DNA of 63,460 bases, counting the filler, from Lenisia limosa (Eukaryota > Protista > Breviatea), in assembly GCA_001655205.1 (NCBI GenBank). It is 10 parts of 10 records of this genome, joined end to end, with 100 filler letters (N's around TTAATTAATTAA, not from the genome) between each part and the next. Parts side by side here need not be neighbours in the genome. Positions count along the whole stretch, not along the records: positions 8,647 to 15,266 come from LPNZ01010956.1; positions 15,367 to 20,913 come from LPNZ01011288.1; positions 21,014 to 26,072 come from LPNZ01008695.1; positions 26,173 to 30,559 come from LPNZ01008320.1; 6 more parts are not named here. One strand, 5' to 3'. A model generated the notes under the pieces. That model searched no databases, was not told the DNA's origin, and saw only the letters and a list, made by a program, of their open reading frames with translations. Positions 11,801-26,269 of the stretch are shown here, in pieces (position 1 is the first letter of the stretch; each line of letters begins with the position of its first letter). The position numbers and the translations under genes are program-made.

Positions 11801-14800
11801 TCATCAATAATTAGGAAGGGTTTCTTTTTATCTGTTAGAGTGCTATTATAATCACTCTAACCTTTCCTGTTATTAATAATATGCTTCCTATCCGTATGTT
11901 GAGCAGTAGTTTTTCTTTTGATATTTTCACTGACGGAACATTATATACAAGGAACATGGGGTGGTTTACTCTGGGAGGTAAAAAAGGATCATGGAAAAGT
12001 TGAAAGAAGTTGGTTATGTAAACTAAATATGTTTATTAAATCCCCTTCATCCCCCAAAGTCGCAATCAATAGGATCGAAAGTAATTATTCATTTGAGTTT
12101 CTTTTGATGTGTCTAGTTTTGAAGGTCAGAAATGGCGGTGCGAGGACTCTACTTCCCGGTCAGATGTGGGTTGCCATCGCGGCGATCGACTATCGACCAG
12201 CTTCCCTCCCTCAGATTCCGTTACTCGCGGTCAACGACTTATTCTCTTTGATCCTCCTCTCTATTTTTCTTATCAAACAATGAGTTCCCGTGACAAAGCA
12301 GGATCTTTCTCTGAGAAAGACGTCGTGCTTTACGTTGCCCACATTGTATATAGATTTAATTTCGCGAACCAAACGTGCAACTAAACGATTGGTTGGCTAA
12401 AATTCTCTCCACCAAGTGAGTTATTTACCAAATTTCCATATTCTTCCTTTGGAGATGTTGTGTTTTGATTTTCGATTATAAGCGTGAATTCTGGCAACAC
12501 CGCGGGAAACAGTCCAAATTATACAGGGGCAATGATTACTGAAAAAAAAAAAGATCAACAAAAACAGAAAATATCTTTTTAGATACCAGGGAATAATAAT
12601 ATAGCAATGAGAAATAAAAAATATGGTTGTATCTGGCCNNNNNNNNNNNNNNNNNNNNNNNNNNNNNNNNNNNNNNNNNNNNNNNNNNNNNNNNNNNNNN
12701 NNNNNNNNNNNNNNNNNNCTTACAACTCTGTGCACACAGCTGAGTGCCTACCCAGGATATAATAAAAGTAATACTGTCCCAAAAAAACTAAGGGCTAAAT
12801 GCGGGCTATATACAATCCAGTATGAGGAGGTCTATCGGGTTCTGCGAGTGGTCAAATTCCCTGTTACCATCCTGGGACTCCCTGGTGGTGAGCGCAGTCG
12901 ATGCTAAAGACGACACTGGCGAAAAGATCTCTCCGACGTTTATGATATCTGGTACCTCCAGGTCTGTGAGTTGTTAACAAGGGCAGGGGAGATGGAGCAA
13001 TCAAATATTAAAAANNNNNNNNNNNNNNNNNNNNNNNNNNNNNNNNNNNNNNNNNNNNNNNNNNNNNNNNNNNNNNNNNNNNNNNNNNNNNNNNNNNNNN
13101 NNNNNNNNNNNNNNNNNNNNNCAGGAGAGAAGACTCACTCTCACTATCACTCACTTCTTCTGTCTCTTCTGCATTTTCAACACCTTCATCTTCATCTTCA
13201 TCTTCTCCATCCTCGTTCTTGACAGTGTCCGGGGTGGCAACAAGGGGAGACTGGTCCTGGTCAGCCGATGCTGTTTGGAGATGCGGGGATTCCTTCAGCT
13301 TCTGCGAAGGTCACAGGGCAATTATTATGTTATATTCAGTTTAATTCAAATAATGGCAGAAAGGAAAATCAGTCAACAACAAAACCAGTTCATTCCTTAC
13401 TCCCACCAGGAAAGGCTGTTCCGAGCTCTCCTGTGATTCCTCAGTCTGCTCGGACCGCAATGACGGTTCGAGGGATGAGACAGCAAAGGGGGAAGGCGAC
13501 AGTGGCGACCTGACCGGACTGGCCAACATGGACCTTTCGAGTGGCTGCAGCAGTAAGCAGAATATATCACAAACTATCGCTCACACCACATTCAATATTC
13601 CACTCAGAGGAGAATAAATATGTAGGGGATGGGGATGTGTTATACATATTTTATGACGCGATTGAGAAATTTATTCTTGTTAGGGGCAACAGCCCTTATA
13701 TTAATGAAGTAATAATGATCTCTATTAGTATATATAATTGTTAGTGTATAGTGGGCCTTTAACTCTGTTCAAACAGCCCAGAATCCAAGACTGCACGCAA
13801 AAAGGTTACAATTGTTATTAGTACCTAACGTAATGGAAATAATCCATATTAGGGACAATGCTGTACAATAGTTTATATCCAAAAGTGTCAGCCGCTGAGG
13901 TATTTAGTACAAGCAAGTCCCTAAAACTATGCGGCAACACAGAGCGAGGCCCTACCATTTCCTCCAGGAGGGAGTCGGCAAGCCTCAGCACGGGCTGAGT
14001 GGTGTCACAGGCCGACTCGTCAGACGCGTCGTCCTCAGGGACTATGTAGTGCAGACCAAGAGATGACAGGCCATTGGTCGAGACCAGTGAGTGATCCCTG
14101 TGGATTGGAAAATTTATGAAACAAAAAAGCGCATTTCAACTCTGTTGGCTGACAACACACAAGGGTTGACAACAACAAAAAAAAAAACAAAGCCNNNNNN
14201 NNNNNNNNNNNNNNNNNNNNNNNNNNNNNNNNNNNNNNNNNNNNNNNNNNNNNNNNNNNNNNNNNNNNNNNNNNNNNNCGGAAATAATTAAGCATGTCAG
14301 TAACATTTTGAGTAAAACAAAATAATTAATCAGCGTAAAGTTACTCATAAACCCGAAACGAATACTCAAGTGAAAACGAAGGGAAAAGCAACCAAGACAG
14401 CTACGCTTTCCATACCGTTCATCGGGCTGGGGTAAAGTGAACTTTGGGGGCGCATCAGGCTGGATAGATTGCTCAACAGAGGGCGCTTCAAGAACAGTCG
14501 AAAACTCTGCAAGAGGGTTTAGTATTTCGGTTAAACCGCCCATATTGCATGTATTTTAATAGGTCTTTGAAACTACATGTAATATTTCTGGGGCGTTCCC
14601 TTGTCCAAAAAAGACTGTCAAAATATTTATCGAGAATTTATTGGGAAATTCAATTTTGGAACGTAGGAAAGCCCTAAATATATGGTATCATATAACCCTT
14701 CCACACTTCCTCTTCCTCCAAAATGATATCACACCCACACTACACACCTCTTAGTAGCCCCCCCCCCCCCAATACCCTCTCTCCCGGNNNNNNNNNNNNN

Positions 14801-15266
14801 NNNNNNNNNNNNNNNNNNNNNNNNNNNNNNNNNNNNNNNNNNNNNNNNNNNNNNNNNNNNNNNNNNNNNNNNNNNNNNNNNNNNNNNNNNNNNNNNNNNN
14901 NNNNNNNNNNNNNNNNNNNNNNNNNNNNNNNNNNNNNNNNNNNNNNNNNNNNNNNNNNNNNNNNNNNNNNNNNNNNNNNNNNNNNNNNNNNNNNNNNNNN
15001 NNNNNNNNNNNNNNNNNNNNNNNNNNNNNNNNNNNNNNNNNNNNNNNNNNNNNNNNNNNNNNNNNNNNNNNNNNNNNNNTATCCAGAGGGCCGCTGCCGA
15101 GTGCAATGTCTCGCTGAATTTCGAGTGCTTCTTCCAATTGTTGCTCTGCTCTCAGCGTTTCCTTCAGCACCTCAGCTTCGTGGTCCCTCTGAGCGCTCTC
15201 GATTGTGTCGGACAAGAGGTCTGCGAGCAGTTCGTGCACAAATTGTTGGGGCACACTTGGGGCGTG
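8801..15266 (-). CDS. Run of Ser/Pro/Glu-rich low-complexity exons, probably the cytoplasmic tail of the 15.5-20.7 kb receptor
   Basis: GT-AG exons: HELLADLLSDTIESAQRDHEAEVLKE (15081-15266), EFSTVLEAPSVEQ, DHSLVSTNG..LLEEM, PLERSMLASPVRSPLSPSP, KNEDGEDEDEDEG, SREQHARDTPGYSNR. Same strand as the upstream receptor; continuity across the spacer is inferred. Confidence 0.55.
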
Positions 15267-15499
15267 NNNNNNNNNNNNNNNNNNNNNNNNNNNNNNNNNN
15301 NNNNNNNNNNTTAATTAATTAANNNNNNNNNNNNNNNNNNNNNNNNNNNNNNNNNNNNNNNNNNNNGTTCGAAACTCAATAAATGTGACATAACAACATC
15401 ATTACCCCCTATGTATTTATATGTTTCACTAGATTTCTTGCATATCATTTCTCTTTTTCTAGCAAAATATAAAATAAAAAAATAACAAAAACAAAACAC

Positions 15500-18400
15500 C
15501 TACCTGCTTGGTGCATTTGAAGAACAAGAGAGCCGAAATCGTGGACAGCGGGTAGATGAGGGTCATGAGGTAGGTGAACATGTTGATGGAGATGGCTGCA
15601 AATTGCCTCTTGAAGTTTATGACTGAGGNNNNNNNNNNNNNNNNNNNNNNNNNNNNNNNNNNNNNNNNNNNNNNNNNNNNNNNNNNNNNNNNNNNNNNNN
15701 NNNNNNNNNNNNNNNNNNNNNNNNNNNNNNNNNNNNNNNNNNNNNNTATGATATGAATCTTAGATAGGGACAACTGTACAATGACACCGGAAAAACACCA
15801 ACTCATTTACCTTTTACACCTATCCACGATACCAGACAAAACAAACAGAAAACAGCAAGCTGAAAACCCTCCACCCTCCGCACCTCCTCGCCACGAGCGA
15901 TTTGTTTCTTTGCTTTGAACTTCATGACCGTAACCATGGCAATGTTACCCAAGAAGAAGAACAGAGCAATAACGAAGGGGATCAGCATCTACGGTGTTAC
16001 AATGGCAACACCAATATGCAACAAATATGTTTAAATGCCGAGATGCGGGTGTGATAAACTCAGCAAATTCCCCCTCGCTCACCTTCAGCAAGAACAGCGT
16101 GAAGTACGTTGTAGCCACCATGCAGGGCAGAGCCAGAGCATCGAAGTTCAAAGAGGCGAACTGCAGAATGTCAAACACTCGTTGGAGCGTTTGGGGCCAT
16201 GCGTTGACTTGAGAGTAGAACGCTACAATTTGAACCTGGGGGNNNNNNNNNNNNNNNNNNNNNNNNNNNNNNNNNNNNNNNNNNNNNNNNNNNNNNNNNN
16301 NNNNNNNNNNNNNNNNNNNNNNNNNNNNNNNNNNNNNNNNNNNNNNNNNNNNNNNNNNNNNNNNNNNNNNNNNCCCCCCCTACGAAATTGATAAACACCA
16401 CCAATGTGCCGAAATCGAAGCCCTTCTTAAGCAGCAGAAGGGCCGAGACCGATATGGCCAAACCGGCCGCGAGGAACAATACGAAGTAGAGGTACACAAA
16501 GGCTGGGCATCCGACACACACTCCGTTGAGTCTGGAGGGGTGGGGTGAAAGGGGGTGGATTTCAATTTTATACGGGATACGGGACAAACCAGAAGAGTAC
16601 CTTATATAAACACGCGTGACGTCTAGAAAAGCGTTACATACCTGTAATGTGTCTGTTCAGCGCCTTCAGACGCACAAGAGCCGCAATCAGTTCCCTCGTA
16701 AGCCTCGTCACAAATGTTTCCGCCTGTACAGGGGGAGGGGGTGAAAATCTGATGAATGGTATGAGATTAATCGAGGTGAGGGATGAGGATCGATAAATAA
16801 CATTCTAACATAGCAATAAGTAACAAAATGAAAATATGCGTGTGTGAGAGTATCAAAGTCGTCTTTACCTAGACATGCTTCGGGAGGGAGGCAGCTGTGA
16901 TAAACCTCGTCATCGTGTTTGAAGAAACTAAATATAGAAGGTTAGCTTTCATTTGGAAGGATACGAAATCTGAACCGATTGATGAAGAAAACCAACCGAG
17001 AGTATCAAAAAGACCACTTATACTTTTAGGCCAATATTTGTCATCGAACTTTTCTTCGTTTACCTCACCCCCCACCCCCATGCGGACTGCGGGTCCGTAG
17101 TACCCGGGAGGCTGCAGTTAGCCCCGACCACACAGGGTGTGCACGGCCCGGCATTGGGGCCCCAGTATCCCGAGGCACAGAGACACTTATTGATGTTCGT
17201 TTGTCCGGTTAGTCTGGGGAGGGGAAGGGAGGTGAAAAATTTGTCTCACAAGAATTTCCTTCGGGACTCTGCTTTAATGATTATACAGCCATGCCAACCC
17301 AGCGGTGGTGGTGAAGCTGATGCAGCTGGTGCACTGGAACACTTCGCAGTTGAGGCACGGTGTTGTTGGAATGTCGAACATCTCGCTACGAGGGTCGAAC
17401 GTGTCCTAAACTGTCAACAAAACTGTCCCGGCATCTCTGATGATAAGCCTGACCAGACAAGACCCCCCCCCCTCACAGTTGGACACTCAATACATTCGCC
17501 GTTAAAGAGCCCGTTTTTCGGCTGCTGGCCCAGGGGACAGATCGATCCGACGGAAATGATCTTTGGGCTGTCTTCAAGCTGGTATATGCCGATGAAGGCC
17601 GATATCTTGGGGTGTGAATGGTCATTTAAGCAAAAAAGGGAGCAAATGCGACGTATGTGATGTTGGCCTCATATAGGGATGTGATGATGGGGCTGTTAGC
17701 CTCCATCTAATAATAGTGTTCAATTATCAGCGTTGCCTTTTGATTTTTTTCATTGAATGTTCCACATCACACCGCCAAACTAATTCAAACCAAAAAAATA
17801 CATACAAAAGAGGTAGGTACTCCCCCCCCCCACTTCGAAGAGACCTCCGGCATCCGGAGTGAAGTTGGCATGGAAAACGTTGGGGGTTAGCTCCTTGACC
17901 GTCACTTCAACGCCCGGACTTCCTAAATTGGTAAGTCTGAGGCAAAACTTTCCTTGAAAGGAAAGGGACAACTACGTTTGATAATGTCAACACTGAAACA
18001 ATGACCCCACTTACCTGCCTCATAAGGCAAGTGGCGAGCAAACACCGTGAATTTACCGCCAATAAGCCCATCAAGGTTGGCGTTGCCAAACTCGTCAAAG
18101 CCCTGGAGAAGAATATACGTCTCAGTGTATGAAACACCGGAAAGAGTTCCCGGTCCGGACATCGATGACGTGGCAGCAGACGTGGGGCCCGGAGAAACGG
18201 TCGCGGTAATGTTCGTATTGAGCGCGTCACCCGGGAGTTCCCCGGTGATGAGGGTGAAGAATATGCGGTACGTGCCGACGCGGGCCAGTGAGACGGAAGC
18301 CACGTAGGTTCCGTCGGTTAGATCGGTTACGGAGAGGCCCTGTGTTGTGAGTTCGGCTGTGTAATTCGAATCAAAGGGTATTACACAGGCATCATTACAG

Positions 18401-20720
18401 GGACTAGCAAATGAGAATATGGAATAAGAAGTATCAGGCCAACACCGTTCAAATTTGTAATGAAGAGGAAAGTTGAATCAATTACGCTCAAAATCTGTCA
18501 CCTGAACGTGTTTCATCATCATCACTTATTAAGAGATACTAGGTCATTAAAAATTAGATTTTGAAGCTAATAACAATTCTCAACAGACCACAAAAGTCTG
18601 CTGTACGTCTCTGAGACCTGTGTTGGAATACGCTGGAATAACAATGTCAAGCTGTTCGTTTACAGCGGTGCTGTTTTCTCCCCTGTAGGGTGAGGGAAAA
18701 TGATGTAAACTTTACTCCGATGGAATTCAATGTTTAACACGTATTCCAATCATTAAAAACTCCCAAATTACAGACTCCCCTCCAAACGTTTCAGTATTGA
18801 TCACGGTCATGCGCCAGACGTTACCACCAGATGTTCTCGGTGTACCGTCCTCTCTTATTGCCTATTGAGGAAGAGGGGAAAGTTAAGTGTGAATAGCAGG
18901 CAACAGAAGATAACGACTAGGAGACCTCCCCCCCTCCCTACTTGGATAACGAACTCATTTGCAACACCGGCCAAGAACTCCGTTGAGCCTGAAACTGTCG
19001 ACTGGGGGGGGGGGGGNNNNNNNNNNNNNNNNNNNNNNNNNNNNNNNNNNNNNNNNNNNNNNNNNNNNNNNNNNNNNNNNNNNNNNNNNNNNNNNNNNNN
19101 NNNNNNNNNNNNNNNNNNNNNNNNNNNNNNNNNNNNNNNNNNAAAGAAAGGTGACCAAGTTGAAGCAAAACAAGTACACCCACTAGGCTGCCCTTTGTTG
19201 GGATCAATTCGAACGTAGGGGGGTCACTTGACGCTTGTCTGAAGCCTTCGGCCGCATAGGGGTCAACACCGACAGGACAAACTCCACCAAGGGGGCAGGG
19301 CAGACACGTGCTGTTGAAGGGGAAGGTTCCACCTTTGCGAAGTTATTATTGTTATCACGCATAGGGTAAGGGTGGGATGTGATCAATCTTAGTGCTTGAT
19401 ATTGGACAACAGTGTTAAATAGCGTGATTGAATCAGAAGGTCTCTTGGAGATACCTTCACTTCAGACGTCAATCGTTATAATGGATGATATCATATACAT
19501 ACGCTATGGAATAGTAGGTATATCTCAAAATAATGATTGCGCCCCCCCCCCCCNNNNNNNNNNNNNNNNNNNNNNNNNNNNNNNNNNNNNNNNNNNNNNN
19601 NNNNNNNNNNNNNNNNNNNNNNNNNNNNNNNNNNNNNNNNNNNNNNNNNNNNNNNNNNNNNNNNNNNNNNNNNNNNNNNNNNNNNNNNNNNNNNNNNNNN
19701 NNNNNNNNNNNNNNNNNNNNNAAGTAGCCACTTGGACAGCTGCATTCCTCCACATCAACCGCTCCCGTTCCTAGGGAAGTAATGCGATGAAAGTTTGCAA
19801 AAGCGTAGCAAAAAGTCAGTTGAGTCGGTGTTTGATGGAAAAGACTTGATGTTACGATGATAAAGCAGCCAACCATTCAAGGTGGTGGAGATACCCGGGC
19901 ACAGTGTGCAGTTCTCAGCTCGGTAGTCAGTTGAGTAACTTCCGATCGGGCAGGATGCACAGATGCCTGACAGCAATAAGCGTTAAACAGGAAGATAGGC
20001 GTCTTTTGCTATAATAAGGCGGGGTAGGANNNNNNNNNNNNNNNNNNNNNNNNNNNNNNNNNNNNNNNNNNNNNNNNNNNNNNNNNNNNNNNNNNNNNNN
20101 NNNNNNNNNNNNNNNNNNNNNNNNNNNNNNNNNNNNNNNNGTACTGCCCGGGTTCGCATTCAATGCAGTTAACGGGAAGCAATTCATTGAAGTCAGTGTA
20201 AGTCCCTGCAGGACAGGGGGAACAGGCGTCGACGTTTTCCGAGACATTGTTGTACTGCACAAGTCATTTGGCGATAAAGTAATCGGTCTTTACGCAGCAA
20301 AATAATACACTCCCATTATTTTAGGGCAACAGTACGTCTCACCCCTCCCCACATGGCCAAGCGGACAGCTCTCGCAAGGACCAACAACACTTGTCAGATA
20401 CTGGCCGACAGAGCATTGGGGAGTCCACGTGACAGCCGCGCTGTGGATCAGAAGATCTTCCTCGCCCAGGATCGTGATCTGCAGAGGTGAGAGGACGGTG
20501 TAATGTTCTTTAGCAAGCTGGTGGTCTTTCTCAAAATAGTTTTGTGAATTGAAGGCGCTTTGGTAAACGGACTGACAAACCAAAACAATACAAAACACAA
20601 AAAGCCAATTAAAATTTCACAACTTATTTTGTCAAAAAGAGCCCAACTCACCTCAATCATGCCTGCACGGGTCATGGCGTAAGTAATGCGGAAGATGCCG
20701 TCACCCTCGTAAGACTGCAG
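15500..20720 (-). CDS. Large receptor-like protein: filamin-type Ig repeats + Cys-rich (ephrin-receptor-like/GCC2_GCC3-type) repeats + TRP-like multi-pass domain, partial
   Basis: Filamin motifs SYEGDGIFRITYAMTRAG, STVSGSTEFLAGVANEFVIQ-AIREDGTPRTSGGNVW and DLTDGTYVASVSLARVGTYRIFF. Cys-rich CESCPLG, CSPCPAGTY, CASCPIGSYS, CLCASGYWG..CTPCVVGANC, CDEAYEGTDCGSC. Then TM exons FVYLYFVLFLAAGL..VVFINF/VQIVAFYS..NFDALALPC and MTLIYPLSTISALLFFKC. Confidence 0.8.
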
Positions 20721-21149
20721 GGTCAGGCGGTAGTTAATAAAGGGAGGAGTAGGGCTTTTCGGTGAGAAAAAAAAAAAGACTGAATTACTCGAAATCCTCG
20801 AAAACTATCGATATTTAGCTTCTCTTTTTCGAACCGAAGTGAAGCCCAAGCCCAAGGGAGGGGATGCTGAGAACCAATCAATCGAAAAGGGATGTCGACA
20901 CCATCCCCCCTCCNNNNNNNNNNNNNNNNNNNNNNNNNNNNNNNNNNNNNNNNNNNNTTAATTAATTAANNNNNNNNNNNNNNNNNNNNNNNNNNNNNNN
21001 NNNNNNNNNNNNNATTTTTCTTCTAATTTTGCGAGATCAACATAAAATATAATCCAATATTTTATCATCGTGATGGTGTGCATGGGTTCGGGCAGATACA
21101 TTTCTCATTTCTATATTTATTTTGTTTTCGCTGCTGATAACGAAACAGG

Positions 21150-24100
21150 GCAACATCCACCCCGTATCTCAGCTGGCTCCCCCACCCCGGGTACACTCAA
21201 GGCCATTCAGGGGGCTGTCAGGGGACTCCAGGCAAGGTTGGGTGTTGAACATTCACAAGTCTCTTTGATGATGCTCTAAAATTATCTTTAATCTCACCCC
21301 CATTGCGCTAATAATTCATTTACGAATCAACATATAATTGTCGCAAACATCAAGCTCACTGTGTGTAGGTGGCCTTGGATTGTTGCTGGTAGTGACGAAG
21401 AAATCCAGATTCCAGAACCGGAACTTCAGCAGGAGACAGAGGTGAGAGAGCCATTTTTGTGCAAGAAAATAATATGGGAAACATCAGAATTTTACATTGG
21501 GATACCATAAACAAATCACCATAGTTATCGCGGTCCTCTCTCAGCCGTAGCTGGGTGAGGACTTTTCCCTAATACCAGTGGGATCTGTAATCTTTCACTC
21601 AATCAAATAACAACAACAAAAAAACCTGTGTGGGAACTGGCGCCAACCAAGACTTTTATAGGTGGAAATTTCAAAGCCCAAAAAGAAGATTCCATCCCGT
21701 CTGGCGAAGCGACTTGCTCAGAAGTAGGAGCCATTTTTATTTAACACGTGTGTGTGTGTGTGTGGGTGTTTTTCTTTTGTAGTATGCCATTTTGTACGTT
21801 TTAAAAGCGTCACAACAACAGCAATAAATAGTAGCAATTAAACCATAGGTAGAAGAAACAATAAGAGTAGAAGAAATAGAAACAAATATAAACAAAAACT
21901 ACGTAAAGAAAAGCGCTATTTTACCACATTCCAGCAAGTCACGTCACCTGACACATCTCCCGCGTATAACCTGGGAGGAGGGGGGGGGGAGTAAAATTGG
22001 TAATTTATGAAACAAAAAAAAACCCAAATCAACTCTGTTGGCTGAATTCACACAAGGGTTGATAACAACCAAACAAAGCCCAGGTCAGTCAAAACACCTT
22101 ATAATCCTTAATCCCCGTTGGTGTAATCTGACACCCCACTCCTCTTAATAGAAGTTGTTTTTTCCTTGCTGTTTTCCACAAAATGTTCAAACAAAATGTT
22201 CCCTCTTATGCAATGAGTGACAAGGCCTTCCCTACGTTCCCCAAAAAAGACTGATATATTTCGATAAATTCTCGATAAATATCGATATTTTACTGGTCTT
22301 TTTCGGACCGTAGAGAAGCCCTGTGATAAGGCTTATGAAAGTCTGAGAGGCACCACTCAGATTATGAAAACTTTTTATCACCCCCCCCCCCCCTCATTCA
22401 AAATATGTTCTTGAAGCCCTTTAGGAAGCAGNNNNNNNNNNNNNNNNNNNNNNNNNNNNNNNNNNNNNNNNNNNAACATGCTATTTATGTCCAGTGTATG
22501 TAAGCACCACATGATAGTAGCAGAGCCCACCTTGAGGGTATGGGGCTCTGAAGGACCGAAATAGCAGTACCGCTTCCTTGGTACTCGGCAAGTTTCTCCA
22601 AATCGAAGGCATCGAAGATTTGAAGACCTCCTTTGAAGTGAGGATGGGAAGCGGATGATGACGTGAGGATAAATAAGGCGGGGATGTAGAAGTTTGGATG
22701 CCATGAAAAATGGAGCATTGGCTTACCCCCTCCCTCCCCCTTTATTTTTAGAGTTCCCTCCATCAATACTAATATATGATATACCTCTATGAGTACACAA
22801 AATGATAATAAGATTGACAACACCAAGATGATAGCGGTTAAAATAATAATAAAAAGCTCTTATCCCTCTTTCAGTGACTTCGCAAACGCCAGCTTTTGAA
22901 ATAAGAAATACAACAACGTCACTCCCACACGACACTGGATTAGAGTATCTTTTTTACAAACAATTAGAGCCTCACACGGCGGTTCCAAAAAAGACTCGAT
23001 AATTTGTCAGTTTTTTGGAACCGAACGTGAAGCTCTACAAACAATCCAACCCGAATACCCTTTGACGTTCCGATGACAACGACGCTCCTGCCGACCCCCA
23101 TTGGAGGCCCGAAGGTCGTTACAGCGGTCACAACAGCCGGGACGGAGACGTGGCAGATTGGCTTGCAGCTTATTGTCATGAGGTGCATGGTGGTGGTGGG
23201 AACGGCCGTGTCCTGGGGGGGAGGGTGAAAAAAAAAAGAAACGGATTGTATGAAACAAAAACAATCACTCGACAAAGCGTTTGAAACAAAACCCAGAATC
23301 AATTGGCAAAGCATTTGCGAAATATATCAAGGTTTTAAAAAATAACATACAAACAACAAAAAACACACACAAAACAAACACACACGCCTCTGTATGACGC
23401 ATTTCATCACCCCAGGGGCTTGTATTGAGTTCCCAAGCAACATAATCTCAAAAGATGCCCCCCACCCCTCGCACCTCCAGAACAGTGTACACAATATCTC
23501 CCGAGGCTTCAACAACATGCGCAGTTGTGATTGAGCCGTTTGACTGGACGCGATGCACAACCACTCGTCGGTCCGAGTCCCAAACAAGAAGGCACCTGCG
23601 ATGTAACTATTATGGAAGGTTGGAACAAGTGCTTCACTTCGGTTCAAAAAAGACAGATAAAATATCGAAAGTATTCGAGGATTTATTGAGAAATTCAGTC
23701 TTTTTCCGAACTGAAGAGAAGCCCTAGTTGGAATTTCACTTCAGTCCTCAAGACNNNNNNNNNNNNNNNNNNNNNNNNNNNNNNNNNNNNNNNNNNNNNN
23801 NNNNNNNNNNNNNNNNNNNNNNNNNNNNNNNNNNNNNNNNNNNNNNNTACCAACAAGAACAGGGGGAAAGCCCGAGGACGCCACACTCACCCGTCAGCCC
23901 CGGTTGAGACAATAATGCCCCAAGATGGACTTGGGACAACATTAGTTACAGTAGCTGCATGTCCGGGGCGACAATCTCCGAAGACTGGTCGAGGCTGTCG
24001 GCCTGGGGAGGAGTAAAATTGGAAATTTAAAGAGCCCAAATCAACTCTGACAACACACAAGGGTGATGAAGAATATTGGCGTAAAGGTACATCACTGGTG

Positions 24101-25934
24101 AAATTGGGAAATTTTAAAAAACAAACAAAAACAAAACAACGATATCAACTCTGTTGGCTGAGAGAAGGGGGGGATTGAATAAAAAGCGACGACACAACAA
24201 CAAAACAAAACAAAAAAGTCAGCTCTTATTCCCTTCCGTTTTATTAAGAAAAACAAAAAGAGGGAGACTGGGGGTGCTTAGATAAGCTATCGAGTTGTTG
24301 TTTTGCCTCAGAATATTTCTTCATATTACGAAATGCAGATAGTGTTTCACTTCGGTTAGAAAAAAAGACTGAATTTCTCGATAAATCCTCGAAAACTGTC
24401 GACTATTCCCGAACCGAAGTGAAGCCTTAGATACAGACCTGATGAAAAGGCATGGAGCGACGCGTGTATTGGACGGGTGGATGTCTGGATAGTCAGCAGG
24501 TGTGTGTGTGTGTGTGTGTGTTCTAAAATATAGGAACTGATATGAACTACAAACTGGATGGTTTTGATGAATGTGAATGTTGCAAGAGAGAGGGAGATAA
24601 AAGTAAATGAGGAAGGGGCAAAAGAAAGTTAACGAGACAGAAAAAAGCGAGGGAAAAAAGAAAGTGAGGAGGAGTGTTTGACCATTCACAATTAACAGGA
24701 CCCCCACACCCACATAATTGTTTGATACTCCCCCCACCTGGCCAGAAGAAGGGACGGGTAAGTCTCCAACACTTGCGTTGTTGGATTCGCTGCCGTTTTG
24801 GTTTGCAGCAGACCAGAACCTTAGACATCCTGGCAGCGGTCAGGTCTTCATTTGTACCACATACGGCAAAAAAGACCAATAAGCATAAAGCCCAACAACA
24901 TATCATTTGTAATATTGACAAAAAACGAATAATAATCATCAAAAAACAACACAAAAAACAAGTGCTCAGTCGACTTCGAACTATGGACCCTCATTTTACA
25001 CAGGGAGATTATCGTGAAGTAGTGTGAACCAACAGTAATAGCTGTATTTACCTCCCCCCCCCCCCCNNNNNNNNNNNNNNNNNNNNNNNNNNNNNNNNNN
25101 NNNNNNNNNNNNNNNNNNNNNNNNNNNNNNNNNNNNNNNTGCAAGGCACGAAATTGACTCGCTAAACGCGTGAGCAATAAATCAAAATAAGACTGGTGGA
25201 TATGGGACACTATTACAAGTCATATATCACTGCTTCTCTAATAAAATTTAATCTCTAATCATATGTCAATTTTTTGAGATATTGTTGCATTTTGTGGACA
25301 CACCACACTGAGAGCAAAAACGAAATAAAAAGCCCCCTCGCAACCTCGGAGGCAAAGGGATACTCAATGATGGTTTGGTGGCTGTAGGAGTAGGGAACGC
25401 TTCGATGAGAGCAAATGGTTTCTGCCATGACATAATGGCTCCTCCAAAGGCCGTGCATCGCATGGGGAGTGCTATGACTGGATGCCGCGACCCTGGCCTG
25501 AAGTTTCGTAAAGTGGCTGTTATGGTTGCTATATGGCGAGGGACATTTTCCTCGAATAACATTATACAGCCATGATAGCGTGCCACTCACTCTGTTTTGA
25601 ACATCAAGGCCCCTACAGCACTTCCGATCGACTGTACAGTAAACAAAAACAACACACAAGGTGATTGGATATGAAGTTAACACAAATACAACATACAAGG
25701 TGATTGGATATGAAGTAAGTAGAAATAACATACAAGGTGATTGAATATGAAGTAAGCTGAAATAACATACAAGGCGATTGAATATGAAGTGAACAAAATT
25801 GAGGCAGATGAGCCTCATCACCACTTCATCCCCCCCACATATGAAGATGAGCTCTGGAGCAGGGCTGGGGAGTTGGCAATACTGGCTAGCACCCTTGTTC
25901 CCACTCGTCGTCGCGGGTGGCCAGAGGTGAAGAG
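21150..25934 (-). CDS. Multi-exon gene of unknown function, with beta-propeller-like strands
   Basis: GT-AG exons GGLQIFDAFDLEKLAEYQG (22525-22640), ..GRSVVVIGTSK (23055-23212), GAFLFGTRTDEWLC (23485-23597), and an exon near 25340-25550. Reading frames not fully resolved; may or may not join the receptor gene. Confidence 0.45.
25650..25792. repeat. Intronic minisatellite, 4 units of about 36-38 bp
   Basis: acatacaaggtgattg(g/a)atatgaagt four times, with short AT-rich linkers. Confidence 0.85.
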
Positions 25935-26269
25935 CTGGGAGAGGGTGTGTGTAAAAAGCTGAATACCACCAGCAAAATACTATAACTATTTACATGTAAC
26001 AAATATATAATTATATTATACTATAACTCTATTATATATAATATACATAGGATGAAACCATACACATATACANNNNNNNNNNNNNNNNNNNNNNNNNNNN
26101 NNNNNNNNNNNNNNNNTTAATTAATTAANNNNNNNNNNNNNNNNNNNNNNNNNNNNNNNNNNNNNNNNNNNNCTGATACCACACAAATTAATGGAGATGA
26201 TAGTGATGACGGTGGTGGTGAAAATTACAAATACAATTCCAAAAATGTCATCTATATCATTTTTCAGGA

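Noticed and set aside
11918-12384. Plus-strand ORFs inside an intron of the minus-strand gene
   Set aside because: No recognisable motif; the minus strand has stops in all frames; possibly a decayed insertion.
25650-25792. CRISPR-like repeat-spacer appearance
   Set aside because: Spacers are only about 10-12 nt and similar to each other, there are no cas genes, and the context is a eukaryotic intron; this is a minisatellite.
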